Source: a virus (Duplodnaviria; Caudoviricetes). From it: a stretch of DNA of 64,000 nt. Of this stretch, positions 61,453 through 64,000 are shown piece by piece. The notes below the pieces were generated by a model. That model saw only the letters and a list, made by a program, of their open reading frames with translations. It had not been told where the DNA came from and ran no database searches. A program made the translations under genes and the position numbers. The stretch's first letter is position 1. Each line of letters starts with the position of its first letter. The DNA is taken from positions 224,001 to 288,000 of the IMG/VR virus record IMGVR_UViG_3300017700_000931; one strand, written 5' to 3'.

Positions 61453-63940
61453 TTATGTTTGAAAACAACCATTATCACAACCCAATTCACCACATCGCCA
61501 GATACCATGAGGTGAAACTTTAAGCATTGCTCCGTGTCTAATACAATATGGCGATTGTAAGCCATCGTTATGGTCTTTTAAATACACCTTACCGCTTGAC
61601 ACGCTATCAATACCGTTTGGTACTGATGGGTTAAAGTTGGCCATTTCTTTAATGTCAATTATTTTCATGTTGGTAAACCAAATTAGTCTTGGTAATTCCT
61701 TTATTATTTTTACCTGCACAAGTAATCATGAATCGACCATCTTCAAACAATTCCGGCTGACCATCCTTATCAAGTTTGCACATATGTATGGTTTCATCTT
61801 CTTCCTTAACAATAAAGAATAATCCATCGTTCCAAGAGAAGGAAGGTAATTCACATTTCATATGAATCACCTCAAATGTTGTAATGTTTGTTTTAGACAT
61901 ACTAAGTTATTTAATACAATATTACTTTTTGCGTAAATTCTTTTTACGTCTTTCTTCGGCATACTTTTTCAATCGCTCTTTATCCTCACGAGTTAAGAGT
62001 TCACCTTTTCGCTGTTTGAATTGTAATTCCTCAATTGAAAAAACGTGGGCTTTATAGTAATCTATTGTTCTTGGTAACATCATAACTAATTACTTTGCTT
62101 GTTTAATTGCGTGAAATGCGTTATAAATTTTAACTTCTTTTTCGTCATCAGTATGAACAAATTTTGGAAGTACTGCTTCAATACCAATCATTGCAACATC
62201 TAATGCTTTCTTCATTTTGTCATTTTGTTCAATAAGCTGTCCGGCATCAGTCTCAGCAAGTTTTTTTAGGTCCTCAATTATATTAAGAACTTGTCTCATC
62301 TCAGAACGCAAAAACAATGCTTCGTTTTCACTTAAATTATGGTACTTATCATACTCAGACAATAACTTAGCATGTTGGTCTTCCCACTTTTTAATCAATG
62401 TTTTAATCATACCTTATGGTTTAATAATGTTAGAAATCGTAATCAATTCTTCTTCATTCGGAGCTGACTCAAATAGGCCATCATCAAAATGTTTAATCAA
62501 TTGTCGCACATCATCATCTGCATGTTCATCACCAAAATATAATTGTACAATTCCTTCAATGGCTGAATTATCGTCAGGCAATGTTCGTGCAACAACCTCC
62601 AGAATTTTCTGACTTTCCACATATTTTCGACTGACCACCCAATCTTCTCGTGGTTCAAGCACATTAGCAATAGCAATTAATTGCTCATCACTTAATGTTT
62701 CTAAATCTTTTCTGGTATACATAGCAAATTGATTTTGACAAATGTAGTGATTATTTTTGAATCCACCAAATTAAATATGAATCTTATTTTTACAAGTGGT
62801 GCATTCCCACCAAAATTGACGACCAGCAAACCCAAGACCCATTGTTAATATACCAAAGAATAATGTTTCACCAGCACTTTGGTCCGAGCGTTTAATGTGA
62901 CTTGTTTCTTTCTTACATTTTGAGCAATCCAATTTTTGAACCTTCATAATTATTTGAATAACGATTGTCTGGTAAAAACCTTTACATATTCCTTATTAAA
63001 TAATTCAGCATAGACTAGTGTTGGTACTCTATCTGGTAGAACATCGCCTTCATCCTTATAAGTAACAGTGAATAATTCTAATGCATCAGTAATGCTGTTC
63101 TTCTTCACTTCAAAGGCCACGCCTTCTTTAAACGACTGAGATTTATACAATCCCTCAGCGGCAAAAATATCTTGAAATTTCATATTAGTAAGGAAAATGG
63201 AAGTAAGTATTGTTTAATGCACATAAAAACACGGAATACATTAGTATCATCCCCGCTGACAAGAATATAAAATATGCTGTTGACATATCATCTTGCCCAT
63301 AGAATTTATACAACTTCTTTACGGAATCACCAACTGTTGCTGCAATGAATACATGTGTAAGGAATGTCATCGCAATTGAAATCAGAATAATAATTGTTGC
63401 TGTCATGTGACAAATATAATGATTAATTTTGATTCCACCAAATAAATTTTATTCTTTATTTGATGCTCTGGTTGGAATGCCAATCATCATATCCCAGATT
63501 TTATATACGTCACCTTTAGTTAGTTCATCAGTTCCTTCCGATTGTGGTTTACCAAATATGAGATGATTAAGTTCTTTTTGTTCTGATTCAGATTTTGATT
63601 CCCACCAAATTAATGCTTCTTCCATTGGTTTAGTTTGATTATACCATTCAATACCTCTAACCAATGAAGCCCACGTTTTTTCAATTGAATGAAATGCTAA
63701 ATAATTACCAGTTAATGACCTATGTTCAGAATGTTCGAATTCATGCTTACCTAATTTAAATTTCAAGTCCCTGAATTTAACCCAAGCTATCATTAACCAC
63801 TGATAATTACTATGAAATTGTAAACTAAATGATGGTGATGGAACTCCTTTAGTTGGGTCATCGCACATTCCATTTACGTGTACTTTTAGGTCTATGAACT
63901 CAGCAATAATTGAATTACCATATTTAAATCTTTCTTCCAT
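61453..63940 (-). other. Run of short hypothetical CDSs (61453, 61655, 62090, 62414, 62950, 63185, 63449)
   Basis: ORF track plus Bacteroidota-type promoters near 62738 and 63412. Confidence 0.65.
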
Positions 63941-64000
63941 AATTATTTCGTTAGTGTATTAACCTCAATCTTCTTTGATATCCAATGGCCATGTGAATTA

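Overview
This is a 64-kb segment of a large, AT-rich (roughly 30% GC by eye, not computed) lytic dsDNA phage genome of jumbo/huge-phage type. It reads in the standard genetic code and most genes are on the minus strand. The host is most likely a Bacteroidota bacterium, because Bacteroidota-type promoters (TTTG...TAnnTTTG) and lipoprotein signals recur throughout. (1) 1-28.6 kb holds acidic, probably virion-associated genes preceded by an ATATTTAT motif, plus thyA, ClpC, thioredoxin, an SLT-like enzyme, an ABC-ATPase/GNAT pair, nucleases, a nucleotidyltransferase, an M50 protease, TerC, CAP and ferritin-like genes. Two candidate programmed -1 frameshifts fall here (2570-2604 and 10312-10320). 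(2) 28.8-42.1 kb is a cassette-like early-gene array: about 27 intergenic modules share a promoter and/or GC hairpin plus a common TCAAACTAA leader. It also contains an ORF-free structured-RNA/pseudo-tRNA transcription unit and twin antisense small-RNA candidates, and is bounded on both sides by ORF-poor hairpin-rich regions. (3) 43-47.3 kb is a tandem expansion of 11 paralogous LPxCP-domain genes. (4) 47.3-64 kb has many small hypothetical genes, a GHKL-ATPase/nuclease fusion, a LemA-like membrane pair, lipoproteins and a kissing-loop RNA candidate. No capsid, terminase, polymerase, integrase, reverse transcriptase or CRISPR array is visible. All protein family calls come from motifs recognised by eye; no database searches were run.
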